Shown here: positions 48,052-58,060 of the stretch, piece after piece
Layout of the letters: every line of letters begins with the position of its first letter
Numbering within the stretch: position 1 is the stretch's first letter
Source: Limisphaerales bacterium
GTDB taxonomy: Bacteria; Verrucomicrobiota; Verrucomicrobiia; Limisphaerales; JAJOIW01
Direction: 5' to 3'
DNA: 64,000 nucleotides
Assembly: GCA_965657355.1 (NCBI GenBank)
Contig: CBFHOE010000010.1
Span: forward strand, 22,326-86,325
Position numbers and translations under genes: made by a program
The notes under the pieces: model-generated
What the model saw: the letters and a program-made list of their open reading frames with translations, nothing else
Databases searched by the model: none
What the model was told of the DNA's origin: nothing

Positions 48052-49575
48052 CTATTTGGATTCTTTTTTCTCTTCGCTTTGGATCGCACTTCCCTTATTG
48101 GGTATGAGATCTTCTGAAGGAACAACCCCGTATTTTAGCTCGGCCGAACGCATTATTATGGATCTTCTGAAAAGGTCAGCCTTATCTAATTCTTTAACAA
48201 CTCGATTCAATGCCAGTATGGATAATCCCTCAGGCATCTTTTTACGGGAGTTTCTGGAATATTTTGACCGGTGGGATAAATAATTATCAATAATAGAGAT
48301 ATAGTTTCCAATCGTATCTAAAACCAATGGATGGCTCTGGGCATGAAGGAACAAAAGCCGATTGTAAGTCCGCGCAAGATTGTCAGAATGTTCTCGAAAT
48401 GATGTCTGGGCTAAATAATCTTGAAGCTTCATTGGCTCAGGAGCATTCAATAATTCCAAACCATTTTGAGGCAACCCATCAGCTTCGTAATTTGAGTTCG
48501 AATCATCATCGGCGTCTTCAATTGATTCAAAGCGCAACAGGAGCTGCTCGAGTCGAGTCATCGACTCAAAAGGTTGTAACATTGAAAGCTCATTTCTTCT
48601 CAAAATTTTTATTCCTTGAATGGTCCACCATTTTTCAATTTCAAGAAAAGTTCCGAAATAGTTTTGGTAGGCATCCATAAAACTCAACTGCCAATTTAAC
48701 CGCCGACTAAGACTTTTCAGCCAATCGAGTAAGATTAACTTACCCTTCGGAAGCTCACAAAGTTTCCTCATAAATACATGAGCTGACACATCATAATAAG
48801 TCCTCAACTCATCGGCAAAGGCTTCTGGAGGGGGAAAACTTAGCTCTTCAAATGACATTGGGGTCTGCCTATCCAAGAGCTTGTGTGAAACAGCAAGCGG
48901 ATCGACAAACTGCTGATTAATATGGATTTTTTGATCGGGTTCCAACAAGGGTCTCCATAATGAACCTTCCAGAAATTCTCTCTCCAAAGCGCGTACGATC
49001 CACAAAGGAGGAGGCTCCTGGTGAGGGCCAGGGTGCTGCAATAAAAATTCTCTAAGGACAATGCCAACAAGTAATCTTCCTAGTTTTTTCCTCTGAATAA
49101 AATAGGGAAGTTCGCTGATAATTTGGGTTTGATCTTTGAGATTCCTTATTTGAACAACGACATCTGCTCCCGGCTCTAGGAGTGGATTGATTTTGAAAAA
49201 AACGCGGTTCTCCCAATTTCTCGGAATGCCGAAAAACATATAGTAGCTAGCAGCTACTCTTTCGGCCATCACCACCAAAAGATCGGCATCCAGTCGAAGC
49301 ATTTTATTTTCGATGCCCTTGATAGGATCTTTAATGGTATCAGCATTAATAACAGACTCTAGGACATGAAACTGTTGGCTGTGGCTTCGAACCACATCTC
49401 TATTCTTAATCCCACCAAACAGCTCTTTCTCAATGATTTCCTGATCATTGAACCCGACTTGCTGGCCGACCACAAAAAATTGAGATACCAAAAAAATTAC
49501 CGAAAGAATAATGAAATATCTGAAACTCCGTTGTGAGCCTTTTGTGTATAAACTTTTTTTCATGTGTTCCAGCAC
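48052..49575 (-). CDS. Hypothetical membrane-anchored protein
   Basis: 507-aa ORF with a single N-terminal TM helix (FRYFIILSVIFLVSQFFVV). No family recognised. The track start is GTG; an ATG at 49563 (MKKSLYTK..) is equally plausible. Confidence 0.6.
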   Translation of the reverse strand: MLEHMKKSLYTKGSQRSFRYFIILSVIFLVSQFFVVGQQVGFNDQEIIEKELFGGIKNRDVVRSHSQQFHVLESVINADTIKDPIKGIENKMLRLDADLLVVMAERVAASYYMFFGIPRNWENRVFFKINPLLEPGADVVVQIRNLKDQTQIISELPYFIQRKKLGRLLVGIVLREFLLQHPGPHQEPPPLWIVRALEREFLEGSLWRPLLEPDQKIHINQQFVDPLAVSHKLLDRQTPMSFEELSFPPPEAFADELRTYYDVSAHVFMRKLCELPKGKLILLDWLKSLSRRLNWQLSFMDAYQNYFGTFLEIEKWWTIQGIKILRRNELSMLQPFESMTRLEQLLLRFESIEDADDDSNSNYEADGLPQNGLELLNAPEPMKLQDYLAQTSFREHSDNLARTYNRLLFLHAQSHPLVLDTIGNYISIIDNYLSHRSKYSRNSRKKMPEGLSILALNRVVKELDKADLFRRSIIMRSAELKYGVVPSEDLIPNKGSAIQSEEKKESK

Positions 49576-49647
49576 TCTTTTAAGTTGGAGTCATTCCTGG
49601 AATCAATGTTACCTACTGATTCATTTGAGAATCTTAAAGATAGGACT

Positions 49648-49944
49648 CTAACTTTTCTTTTTGCTAGATTTTTTGGACGTAGATTTGGATGTGGAGGTTT
49701 TCGAGCTGGAGCTTTTGGAACCTTCCTTGTCTTTTTTAGCCCCCGATTTATAGCTCTCGCTCCTATAATCAGTAATGTAAAATCCTGAACCTTTAAAGAT
49801 AAGCCCTGCCCCACCCCCGATGGCTCGCTTCACGGGTCCTGGACAGTTTTTTTTGGGACAGTCTGTAAGGTGATCGTCATTCATTGACTGAAAAACCTCA
49901 AATTCTTTTCCGCATTTCTCACATATGTATTCGTAAGTGGGCAT
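49648..49944 (-). CDS. FmdB-family zinc-ribbon protein with Ser/Lys-rich tail
   Basis: MPTYEYICEKCGKEFEVFQSMNDD...CPKKNCPG (CxxC...CxxC) and GSGFYITDY motif, followed by a low-complexity K/S tail. Confidence 0.85.
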   Translation of the reverse strand: MPTYEYICEKCGKEFEVFQSMNDDHLTDCPKKNCPGPVKRAIGGGAGLIFKGSGFYITDYRSESYKSGAKKDKEGSKSSSSKTSTSKSTSKKSSKKKS

Positions 49945-50039
49945 ATTTACTCAAACTTAACTAGGAAAGCATAAAGGATGCGTCAAGCTCCAGGAAAATG
50001 AAACCCATTAAATGCGAGCTCATGAAATAAATCATACCA

Positions 50040-51254
50040 ATGGAATTGACAAATGGAGCAGCGGGCACTTTGTTTCTTACTATGAGGAAGGGTTTTCCAA
50101 AGAAAATAAAGTGGGTTTTCTGGGCAGTCTCAGCCCTGGTATTTTCTATTAATTCACAAGCCTCCAAACCTATCGTTACTCTTTTGAACCCAGACAATGG
50201 AACAGCTGGGGACAAAATACGAATTTTAGGCCAGAATTTTAACGAAATTATGGGCATAACTTTCAATGGTGTTCTCGCTCCATCTTTTGTGGTTACAGCG
50301 CAAAATCAACTTGAAGTCACGGTCCCCGCAGGTGCAAATTCTGGTCCAATTTCTGTCCAGAACAGCTCAGGAATTGGTATTTCCGAGGATATTTTTACAA
50401 TCTACAACCCAGGCCCAAGACCCTTTTCATTTGAGCCAGCGAAGGGTCAGGTTAATGATATTGTCACTATCCTAGGTGATAAATTCACGAGCCAAACACA
50501 GGTATATTTCCACAATAATATTCGGGCCACACAAGTAGAGATTGTGGCGCAAGGAGAATTGAGGGTCGTCGTCCCCGCCGAAGCTCAGACAGGGCCTATC
50601 ACGTTGGCCGGTCCATTTGGATCAAATACGACTGCACGTGATTTTAATGTGGTGGTGTCCAATGATTTGGAATTTTCCATAACGACACCTTCTCAAGCAT
50701 TTTCGGTTGGAGAAACCTCGTTCGTGGATTGGAAGATCAAAAGCTCGTCTCTTGTGGAGTCAATCGATGTTGAATTGACGTTGCTCATACCCGACAGAGG
50801 AATTGTGCTTGAAAAGGTTCACTCTGATATTGGAACACCTACAAGCTTGGGTAGATTCTATCAAATATCAAATGTCAATATTCCAGCAGGGGAGTCGTGG
50901 GTTGGCAGAATACAATTCATTCCAACAGATTCAGCTATTCCATTTTCGTTCGAAGGATCAATTGCTTCTCCGGACGAGGACCCTAACTCGGAAAATAATT
51001 CCATGGTCATTGGGTATAGTGCCACTATCAGGCAACCAGAGATTGCAATTTCCGTTGTTCAAAATGGAAAAGTAAAACTTGAATGGCCAGCCTATCCCAG
51101 CGACTGGCAGGTCATTAAAAAAAGTGGATTGCAGCCATTTTCATTTTGGACTCTCGAGACATCAACCCCGTCATTGAACAAAAATAAAAAATTCATAATT
51201 ATTAATCCAACAAATGAGGATGGGGATTTAGTTGTTTATCAATTGAGGCGATAA
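50040..51254 (+). CDS. Secreted IPT/TIG-domain protein with DUF11-like domain and divergent WP...YQLRR C-terminal module
   Basis: Two IPT/TIG-like repeats (ITLLNPDNGTAGDKIRILGQNF.., FSFEPAKGQVNDIVTILGDKF..). The ATG at 50082 (MRKGFPKKIKWVFWAVSALVFSINSQA) gives a canonical signal peptide, so the true start may be 50082. Confidence 0.8.
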   Translation: MELTNGAAGTLFLTMRKGFPKKIKWVFWAVSALVFSINSQASKPIVTLLNPDNGTAGDKIRILGQNFNEIMGITFNGVLAPSFVVTAQNQLEVTVPAGANSGPISVQNSSGIGISEDIFTIYNPGPRPFSFEPAKGQVNDIVTILGDKFTSQTQVYFHNNIRATQVEIVAQGELRVVVPAEAQTGPITLAGPFGSNTTARDFNVVVSNDLEFSITTPSQAFSVGETSFVDWKIKSSSLVESIDVELTLLIPDRGIVLEKVHSDIGTPTSLGRFYQISNVNIPAGESWVGRIQFIPTDSAIPFSFEGSIASPDEDPNSENNSMVIGYSATIRQPEIAISVVQNGKVKLEWPAYPSDWQVIKKSGLQPFSFWTLETSTPSLNKNKKFIIINPTNEDGDLVVYQLRR

Positions 51255-51263
51255 TGGAAAGTA

Positions 51264-52352
51264 TTATGGAACAAGCTCGATCCGAAAATTGGGTATGGTC
51301 GACTGCCCCAGTTCCATGAGTTCTGCATTGTATATCAATTCGCCAGCTGATTCAGGGAATGGATTAAACCCAATACTCTCTCTCAGCTCGTTCGCTCGTT
51401 TCAATGTATACGCATCCAACGCGACGGGATCTCTGCTTATCCAAAGCTCGGAAACAGGAGGGTGGTAATGGATTTTTCCTGGTCTATTTCCCACAACAGA
51501 GCCAATCAAAGCATCTGTGATAAATAAGCATGTCTTATCCGCAAGTGGCTCCAACGCGTAGATTTCTGGCACAGCTTCAGCCAGAATGGCAGGATGGGTT
51601 AAAAATCGATTAAAGTTATCGACTCCGGAGTATGCCAAAGAGTAAAGGTGCCCCCGAATTCCAGCTACTCGATCCGAAGCCAATGACCCGACTTGGATGA
51701 CCCGATCAAATCGATTGATAAGAAGCTTAGAAACATACGAAAGGCGCCCAGCTGATGGCTCCTCGCTCCCAAACTCCACATCACTCCAAATGAGAGTTCC
51801 TTTAACAGGAGATTCATATGTTTGTTCTGAATCATAACCTCCATTAACCGCGTAGAGGAAAGATTTTGGGTCAAGAATCCCTTGCAATTCACTTTTTAAA
51901 AAAGAAAGGTCGTTGGGGTTTCGAGACCACAGAAAAATTTGGTCTTTTGAGATACCAGAACTTTGAAGTCCTTGAATAAGACTTTCTACAATCGGCGCCA
52001 GAGTAGAGTTATCACTCCATCCATCAGGGGCAATAAAAACCCCAACCCTCTCTCCCGGAGCAGCAATTTTCTCCCATCCAGACTTTAATGAATCGCTTTT
52101 AGTCAGAGAGAGTATACCAGACTGGACCATGCTTTTTATAACCTCAGACTGGCCTTGAAATTCGACGACTGCATTTTCTCTCTCCAATCGGATGATTCTG
52201 CCCAAATCTTTCTCGCCGGGAGGCCCGATAACTGGCCTTTCGACCTCATTAGCACTGGGTGTTTGATCACTGCCAACAGCCACAAGGCGGCAAAGAAGGA
52301 ATATCATCATTCCTAATAACCTGATTTTTAGATTGGGCCGCCGGATATTCAT
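51264..52352 (-). CDS. DUF362-like domain protein (tentative), secreted
   Basis: 362 aa with a signal peptide. The C-terminal half resembles the DUF362 pattern (CLFITDALIGSVVGNRPG...ISRDPVALDAYTLK). Confidence 0.5.
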   Translation of the reverse strand: MNIRRPNLKIRLLGMMIFLLCRLVAVGSDQTPSANEVERPVIGPPGEKDLGRIIRLERENAVVEFQGQSEVIKSMVQSGILSLTKSDSLKSGWEKIAAPGERVGVFIAPDGWSDNSTLAPIVESLIQGLQSSGISKDQIFLWSRNPNDLSFLKSELQGILDPKSFLYAVNGGYDSEQTYESPVKGTLIWSDVEFGSEEPSAGRLSYVSKLLINRFDRVIQVGSLASDRVAGIRGHLYSLAYSGVDNFNRFLTHPAILAEAVPEIYALEPLADKTCLFITDALIGSVVGNRPGKIHYHPPVSELWISRDPVALDAYTLKRANELRESIGFNPFPESAGELIYNAELMELGQSTIPNFRIELVP

Positions 52353-52406
52353 CTTTTCTATTCGTATTTGGCTAAAATATCGGTATAAAGGATAAGAGAG
52401 GTGCCA

Positions 52407-54446
52407 ATGCTGGGAAGCAAAAAATTACTAATGAGCCTGAAAAATTTTCAGATGAATTTGAGGATACTTGAGTTATTTCCGCTCTCCTTCCTCTTAGTCT
52501 TACTGTGCTCTTGTGGGAAACCCCCGATGGCAGAGTTTCGTGAAGGTGAAAAATTATTGGCTCAAGGGAAATACGTAGAAGCGGCACAATCACTAGAAAG
52601 GGCAGCCCAGGCCCTAGATTCAAATGTAGACGCATGGAACAAGTTTGGTCTGGCGCTGCAATACCAGAACAAATTGCTTGAAGCCCAATCGGCATACCAA
52701 AAAGCCTTAAAAATAGATTCAACCTTCCCTGATACTTACTACAACCTCGGGAATTTATTTCTGGATATGAATGAGCTTGAGGATGCGATAAAGCACCTTC
52801 AAAACTTCACGTTCATGGTGCAAGAGCCGCATGGTTACCTCGCGCTGGCCATCGCCCAAAGAAAAAATAATCAAATTAACGAAGCGCTCATGAGCCTGAA
52901 AGCTGCTGAAGCACTCGACAAAGAAGATTTAAAGATAAAGCATGAGATGGCTCTGGCATACTACGAAGACAATAAACCAGATGTCGCGATGAGATATTTA
53001 TCGGAGATCATGGAGTCGGATTCCAACTTCGCTCCCGCCGTCCTGACAATGGCTATCATATCTCAAAATATAACCACGAACATCACAACGACTATTGATT
53101 ACTATCAGAAGTATTTAGCTCTGAACCCTCCACAGGATAAGGCGGACCAAGTTAAAGCATTGCTGGATTCATTCAAAAACACGAAAGTTGGAGAAGATCC
53201 AGTATCAGCTACAGAGAATCAAACGGAGACCATCATTGGGACCAATGATCTGGAGGTTGCTGAAGTTCCTGTTACAGCGAACAATCCTGATAACAATTTG
53301 GAACCTGAGAATGCCGTTGAAAATATCGATGATAACCCAACCATCAATGACACATTGGACCCAAGGGTTGCGATATTAGGTCTCGCCAAACCTGAAACTG
53401 AAATAAAGCCGAAAACATTACAAATCAAGCCGGCAATTCCTCAAGCGCGTGGGGTATCCAAAGAGGTAGATGGAAAAGAGTTTCCGCTCATTCCTATTGA
53501 TCCGGCGCCAACCATGCCTGAAATGGAGCCGACTAAAGATGTCGCATTGAACTATCCTTATGAAGAAATCCAGGAGCTTTTGAAGTCAAACGAACAAGTG
53601 CTCGCCGCATATGGCCTGTCAATTGCCAAATCACCAGAAACTGCTCCCGAAGGATTTTACAGGAATAGGCCTATTCCCGAAGGAATAACTCCACTAGAGC
53701 CATTGAAATTGCCCGATAGTGATGCTCTCCTTCGACTATCCAATGGAAATACAACTACTTTAAGCGAACCAATAGAAACAAATCCTATCGAGCAAGAATC
53801 GGGGACTGTAGCTGAGGTTGAAGTGACCTCAAACAACGAACTTACAGAACAACCCGATCCCATCGAACAAGAAGTCGAAAAAGTTAACATTTCTGTAAAG
53901 CAACCTCTAGACCTCTCGTCTTTCCCGAAATACCAATTTGAAAAACCTTCAACGCCGTCAGAGGGTGACCGTTATGGAGCACGCCCATTTTTCTTGGACG
54001 GAGTCCAGGCGTATAAAGCAAACCAAATCCCACTTGCGATTAACTTTTTTGAAGATGCAGTTAATAAGGATCCTGCCTACTTCGAAGCGCACTTCAATCT
54101 GGGCATTCTTTATTTACAAGCTAATTTGCCCGAAAAATCAATGCCTGCTTTGGAAAGGGCTCAATCGATTAGGCCCTCTGAATTTGAGGTAAATTATCAT
54201 ATTGGGAGAGCCTTGAGTAAACTCGGAAATGCTGGCGACGCTATTGAACAATTTGAAAAAGTAATATCCGAAAACCCAAACCACATAGGGGCACACTTCG
54301 GACTGGCAAAGACCTATGACGAACAGGTTAAAGATTTAGGTAAAGCTGGAATGTATTACAAAAAAATTATTGAGATCCAACCAGACCACCCTGAAAGCAC
54401 GAATATCAGGTATTGGATCAAGGCAAACAGTATAGACGATAAATAG
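52407..54446 (+). CDS. TPR-repeat protein with central Pro/Glu-rich linker (possible lipoprotein)
   Basis: The ATG at 52407 is preceded by GAGAGG with a 5-nt spacer; the track ORF starts at GTG 52401. TPR repeats at both ends (e.g. AWNKFGLALQYQNKLLEAQSAYQKALKID; AHFNLGILYLQANLPEKSMPALERAQSI). LLVLLCSCG near the N-terminus. Confidence 0.85.
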   Translation: MLGSKKLLMSLKNFQMNLRILELFPLSFLLVLLCSCGKPPMAEFREGEKLLAQGKYVEAAQSLERAAQALDSNVDAWNKFGLALQYQNKLLEAQSAYQKALKIDSTFPDTYYNLGNLFLDMNELEDAIKHLQNFTFMVQEPHGYLALAIAQRKNNQINEALMSLKAAEALDKEDLKIKHEMALAYYEDNKPDVAMRYLSEIMESDSNFAPAVLTMAIISQNITTNITTTIDYYQKYLALNPPQDKADQVKALLDSFKNTKVGEDPVSATENQTETIIGTNDLEVAEVPVTANNPDNNLEPENAVENIDDNPTINDTLDPRVAILGLAKPETEIKPKTLQIKPAIPQARGVSKEVDGKEFPLIPIDPAPTMPEMEPTKDVALNYPYEEIQELLKSNEQVLAAYGLSIAKSPETAPEGFYRNRPIPEGITPLEPLKLPDSDALLRLSNGNTTTLSEPIETNPIEQESGTVAEVEVTSNNELTEQPDPIEQEVEKVNISVKQPLDLSSFPKYQFEKPSTPSEGDRYGARPFFLDGVQAYKANQIPLAINFFEDAVNKDPAYFEAHFNLGILYLQANLPEKSMPALERAQSIRPSEFEVNYHIGRALSKLGNAGDAIEQFEKVISENPNHIGAHFGLAKTYDEQVKDLGKAGMYYKKIIEIQPDHPESTNIRYWIKANSIDDK

Positions 54447-54494
54447 ACTGTGCCACCCTCAGTAAACTTCAAAACTTTAAGCCCATACAATCAT

Positions 54495-54534
54495 AAAAAA
54501 ACCCAATGGTTCCATGTATTTTAGAACCATCAGG
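54495..54534 (-). terminator. Rho-independent terminator of the NIPSNAP gene
   Basis: The minus strand reads CCUGAUGGUUC-(11-nt loop)-GAACCAUUGGG followed directly by U7. That is 7 Watson-Crick pairs, 2 G-U pairs and 2 C-G pairs, ~40 nt after the stop at 54572. Confidence 0.6.
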
Positions 54535-54571
54535 TCATATTGTCTAAATCAAATAATTTCTAAACGAGAAA

Positions 54572-55414
54572 TTAAAGCTGGCTATACGGTTTTGCCACCA
54601 AGAAAGTTTGATGAATCTTTGAAACAGTTTGAGCGTATTGTTCTTCTTTACTCATCGCCTTCCAATCCGGATGGTCTATGAATTTTTTCCAGTTAGCATC
54701 TCTTTCCTCCATATCTTTGAAGGAGGCCATGTAAACCAGATTTGGAGCGTTTTTACCCGCTAGCACGTGCCCAAAGAAAATACCATCCAATCCTGTTTTA
54801 TTAAAAATATCAATTTCACCATCATTAAACATTTGAACCTTCATCAGGCCTTTATACTCGCTAAAACTTTCATAGTCTCTGAGTTCGTATAGTTTGTCAC
54901 CATCATGCGCTTTGGTTGCCTTAGGCCAGCCTGAAAAAGCTCCCATCAGAGTGATTTCAATCCTCTCATAAGCCTTCTGTTTTTTATTTTCTAGAAAAAG
55001 GTATTCAGCGCCATCGTTATGAAACTGAGTATCAGCAACAAGATTCGCTCCGTAGGTTGAGTAATGGTCTAATGAATTGAATGGCACGAGAGCCCATATA
55101 TGCAAACCATCCTTTTCTTTATCATGTGCCTCCCATACACCGACGTTTTTTACATCCATACGGTTTAATGCAGGTATCAGGGCAGTCTTTAAATATTGGC
55201 TTACTTGATCGTGTTGTGCCTTATTACTGCATACATATTTCCTAAGCTCCAATATTTGCTGATGATGATCGGCCCGAAGGTTTGCAGCAGATAACGCAAA
55301 TACCATGGCAAGAGCTGTAAGTGACAGAGTCTTTTGTATTGGTTGAAATTTCATCGGTATCGATGATCCTACACCAACAACGGTTGTCAACGTGAATAAG
55401 CAGTTCTTATACAT
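54572..55414 (-). CDS. NIPSNAP-family protein (two NIPSNAP repeats), secreted
   Basis: ILELRKY.. and LYELRDYESF.. are repeat starts. The ATG at 55414 has GGAGG 5 nt upstream; the track ORF starts at TTG 55426. An internal ATG at 55354 (MKFQPIQKTLSLTALAMVFALSAANLRA) is an alternative start with a classic signal peptide. Confidence 0.8.
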   Translation of the reverse strand: MYKNCLFTLTTVVGVGSSIPMKFQPIQKTLSLTALAMVFALSAANLRADHHQQILELRKYVCSNKAQHDQVSQYLKTALIPALNRMDVKNVGVWEAHDKEKDGLHIWALVPFNSLDHYSTYGANLVADTQFHNDGAEYLFLENKKQKAYERIEITLMGAFSGWPKATKAHDGDKLYELRDYESFSEYKGLMKVQMFNDGEIDIFNKTGLDGIFFGHVLAGKNAPNLVYMASFKDMEERDANWKKFIDHPDWKAMSKEEQYAQTVSKIHQTFLVAKPYSQL

Positions 55415-55663
55415 TAAAACCTCCAAGCGGCCTCCGCTTCAGAAAACTAGAAAGGTCGTCATTTACCATATTCGGTTATTCCGATTTGTGTTATTGCATC
55501 ATCTTTGCCGCACCCCATAAACACCACTGGACTACTACTCAATTCCGATCACCTGGACCGACTGGTGAATAACCTATAAAAAATAAATGCAATCTATCGG
55601 ATTATGAAATCCACACGCAATGACGCCAACCACAATGGCTGCCAAAAATCCCATTTTACAGGT

Positions 55664-56350
55664 TCACAATCTTGCCCTCTGGAGGCGGTCCAACTGCGTG
55701 GATGGAATGGCCTCATCGCAGTGGTTTGCTAAAATTCCCGTGGGGTTTTGGTCGAGTATTTTTTTGATACTCTGGCTCAAAGCGGCCTCATCAATATTTA
55801 GCCAAGGAAAGGGTTTCGTGACGCGCCATTTATAATTAACCACGAGATCACCAGAAAAAAGCAATCTACTTTCGGTCATTAAATAACTGAGGTGCCCTTT
55901 GGTATGCCCGGGTGTATGAATAGCTTTTAGGCCACCGAGACAATCAATGATGTGTCCATCATTAATATATCTATCAGGCTCACATGGGGTATACCCAAAA
56001 AGCGCCCTTCCTGTAAGTTCCAATCCTCCGCAAACCTTGGATAACCCTTTGTATGGATATTTACCGAGAAAATTTTCTTTGTCTCCAATATGGGCCACGA
56101 TTGGCGCTTCGGAGAGTCGTTGAATGCCTGAAAGGTTATAAGCGTGGTCCAGATGACCGTGAGTCATAAGAATAGCTCTCAAGCCGCACCACTCTATACC
56201 CAATTCGCTTATCGTTTTGTTTAATTGGTGCAAATCGCCAACAAACCCTGAATCGATTAACCACCAGTGAGGAGAATCAATAAGCAGATAGAAATTTGAC
56301 ATAGATCCACGAATCTGGATGACGTTATTCGTTATTCTGGTGAAGCTCAT
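55664..56350 (-). CDS. MBL-fold metallo-hydrolase
   Basis: 228 aa. THGHLDH zinc motif, with downstream H and D ligands (HTPGHTKGH). The start overlaps the upstream gene's stop (ATGA). Confidence 0.85.
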   Translation of the reverse strand: MSFTRITNNVIQIRGSMSNFYLLIDSPHWWLIDSGFVGDLHQLNKTISELGIEWCGLRAILMTHGHLDHAYNLSGIQRLSEAPIVAHIGDKENFLGKYPYKGLSKVCGGLELTGRALFGYTPCEPDRYINDGHIIDCLGGLKAIHTPGHTKGHLSYLMTESRLLFSGDLVVNYKWRVTKPFPWLNIDEAALSQSIKKILDQNPTGILANHCDEAIPSTQLDRLQRARL

Positions 56351-57585
56351 AAGTTCAAAACACTTTCACTGGCAGAAACTCCAGCCAGCCTTCCGGTTGT
56401 CCAAGCAGCCTGAAAATTGAACCCCCCTGTGACTCCGTCAATATCCAAAACCTCACCAGCAAAAAACAATCCCTTGGTGAACTTACTTTCCATGGACCTA
56501 AAGTCGACCTCCTTCAAACTTACGCCGCCACAAGTGACAAACTCATCCTTATTCATACTCTTACCCGACACAGAAAAAAGAGAAGAGGATATCTGCTCCA
56601 CGAGATTCTTTAGTTGCTCTTTGTTTAATTGAGCCCACTGTTTTTTGGGCTCAATCTCTGAAGCCAGAATTATTCTTTCCCAAATTCTTTTTGGGAGTGA
56701 AAACGGGCAACCACTTTCCAACCGTTTTGGACCATGTGATTTTCGAAATTCGTTCAATCTTTGCTGCGTTTCGTCTTGGCTTAAACCCCCAGTCCAATTG
56801 ATTATGATTTGGAATTTATATTGAAGTTGCTGGAAATCTCTAGCCCCCAGAGAGGAAAGCTTTAAGATTGCGGGCCCGCTTAATCCCCAGTGAGTGACTA
56901 ACATCGGACCTCTCGTTGTTAAACCTAAATCAGGGCAAGAAACGGCTACCTGGTTGACGCTAAGACCTTGTAGCCCATTAATTCTAGGATCTTTTATGTG
57001 AAAGGTAAAAAGAGAGGGTGAAAGCTTTGTGACCGTGTGTCCAAATTTTCGAGCTAATTTTAGACCTCCGCTCGACTGCCCACCACCGGTCGCAATAATT
57101 ACCGTTTTCGACCTAATTGTATTTCCATCGGATAGAGACAATTCAAAACCTTCGCCTGTATCTATTTTTGCAAAGTTTTCAACCGCGACTTTGGTGAACA
57201 GATTGACCCCTCCGTTACTAAGACATTTATTAAAACAATCAATGATCGTTTGGGAAGAATCGGTTGTTGGAAAAATTCTTCCATCAGATTCAGTTTTTAG
57301 TGGAACATCATGGTTCTTAAACCATTCGACTGTATCGCTCGGTTGCCACCCGAAGAAAGGGCCAAGTAATTCTTGCCCACCCCGCGGATAGAATTTTACA
57401 AGCTCTTTTGGCGTAAAGCAGGAATGTGTGACATTGCACCTACCACCACCTGAGATTTTAACTTTAGAAAGTAACTTACTCGACTTTTCATAGATAGATA
57501 TTCGCAGTGAAGAGACATTCTCAATGGCAGAAATAGCAGCAAAGTAACCAGCCGCCCCACCCCCAATCACTACGATATCCAACAT
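56347..57585 (-). CDS. HI0933/BaiN-like NAD(P)/FAD-dependent oxidoreductase
   Basis: DIVVIGGGAAGYFAAI dinucleotide fold, SGGGRCNVTH, and C-terminal FAGEVLDIDGVTGGFNFQAAWTTG. Confidence 0.88.
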   Translation of the reverse strand: MLDIVVIGGGAAGYFAAISAIENVSSLRISIYEKSSKLLSKVKISGGGRCNVTHSCFTPKELVKFYPRGGQELLGPFFGWQPSDTVEWFKNHDVPLKTESDGRIFPTTDSSQTIIDCFNKCLSNGGVNLFTKVAVENFAKIDTGEGFELSLSDGNTIRSKTVIIATGGGQSSGGLKLARKFGHTVTKLSPSLFTFHIKDPRINGLQGLSVNQVAVSCPDLGLTTRGPMLVTHWGLSGPAILKLSSLGARDFQQLQYKFQIIINWTGGLSQDETQQRLNEFRKSHGPKRLESGCPFSLPKRIWERIILASEIEPKKQWAQLNKEQLKNLVEQISSSLFSVSGKSMNKDEFVTCGGVSLKEVDFRSMESKFTKGLFFAGEVLDIDGVTGGFNFQAAWTTGRLAGVSASESVLNL

Positions 57586-57603
57586 CTCACCTACAAAATT
57601 TAA

Positions 57604-58059
57604 TTAAGACCCTATAGAAGTCTGTTTCTCTATCAATGCCTTCAGATTTTTGAGATCTCGGGTTGCTCGATTAGAGGCAGCATTCTTGAAAAAAAGCGCC
57701 ATAAATCCTATGAAAAACTTTAGACTTCCCTTTGTATTAATTTCAGAAATCTGTTTCACCAAAGTCGAACCATGCTTTGTAATTTGAAAATGAAATGCCA
57801 CTTTCAAATCAAAATTTTCACCGTTTATCTTTAAAGAGTAAAGAAATGGAGAATGATAATCTGAAATTATTCCATCAATGCCATTTTGGCCGCTTAATTG
57901 TTTTAGGAATGCGGTGAATACAGAGCCTTGTTTTGCTGGTGCTTTATCATGAAATTCTATGTGGGAAATGTGCGAGCTCCATTCAGTGAAGTGCTCAGTA
58001 GTATAATCAAACACTTCTTTCATACCTCGTCGAATTTCGATGTTACCTTCCCATATCAT
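57604..58059 (-). CDS. Small SRPBCC-like (polyketide cyclase/START fold) protein, tentative
   Basis: 151 aa. Size and sequence pattern are compatible with an SRPBCC fold. No diagnostic motif is present. Tightly packed in the operon, 1 nt after the upstream stop. Confidence 0.45.
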   Translation of the reverse strand: MIWEGNIEIRRGMKEVFDYTTEHFTEWSSHISHIEFHDKAPAKQGSVFTAFLKQLSGQNGIDGIISDYHSPFLYSLKINGENFDLKVAFHFQITKHGSTLVKQISEINTKGSLKFFIGFMALFFKNAASNRATRDLKNLKALIEKQTSIGS

Positions 58060-58060
58060 T

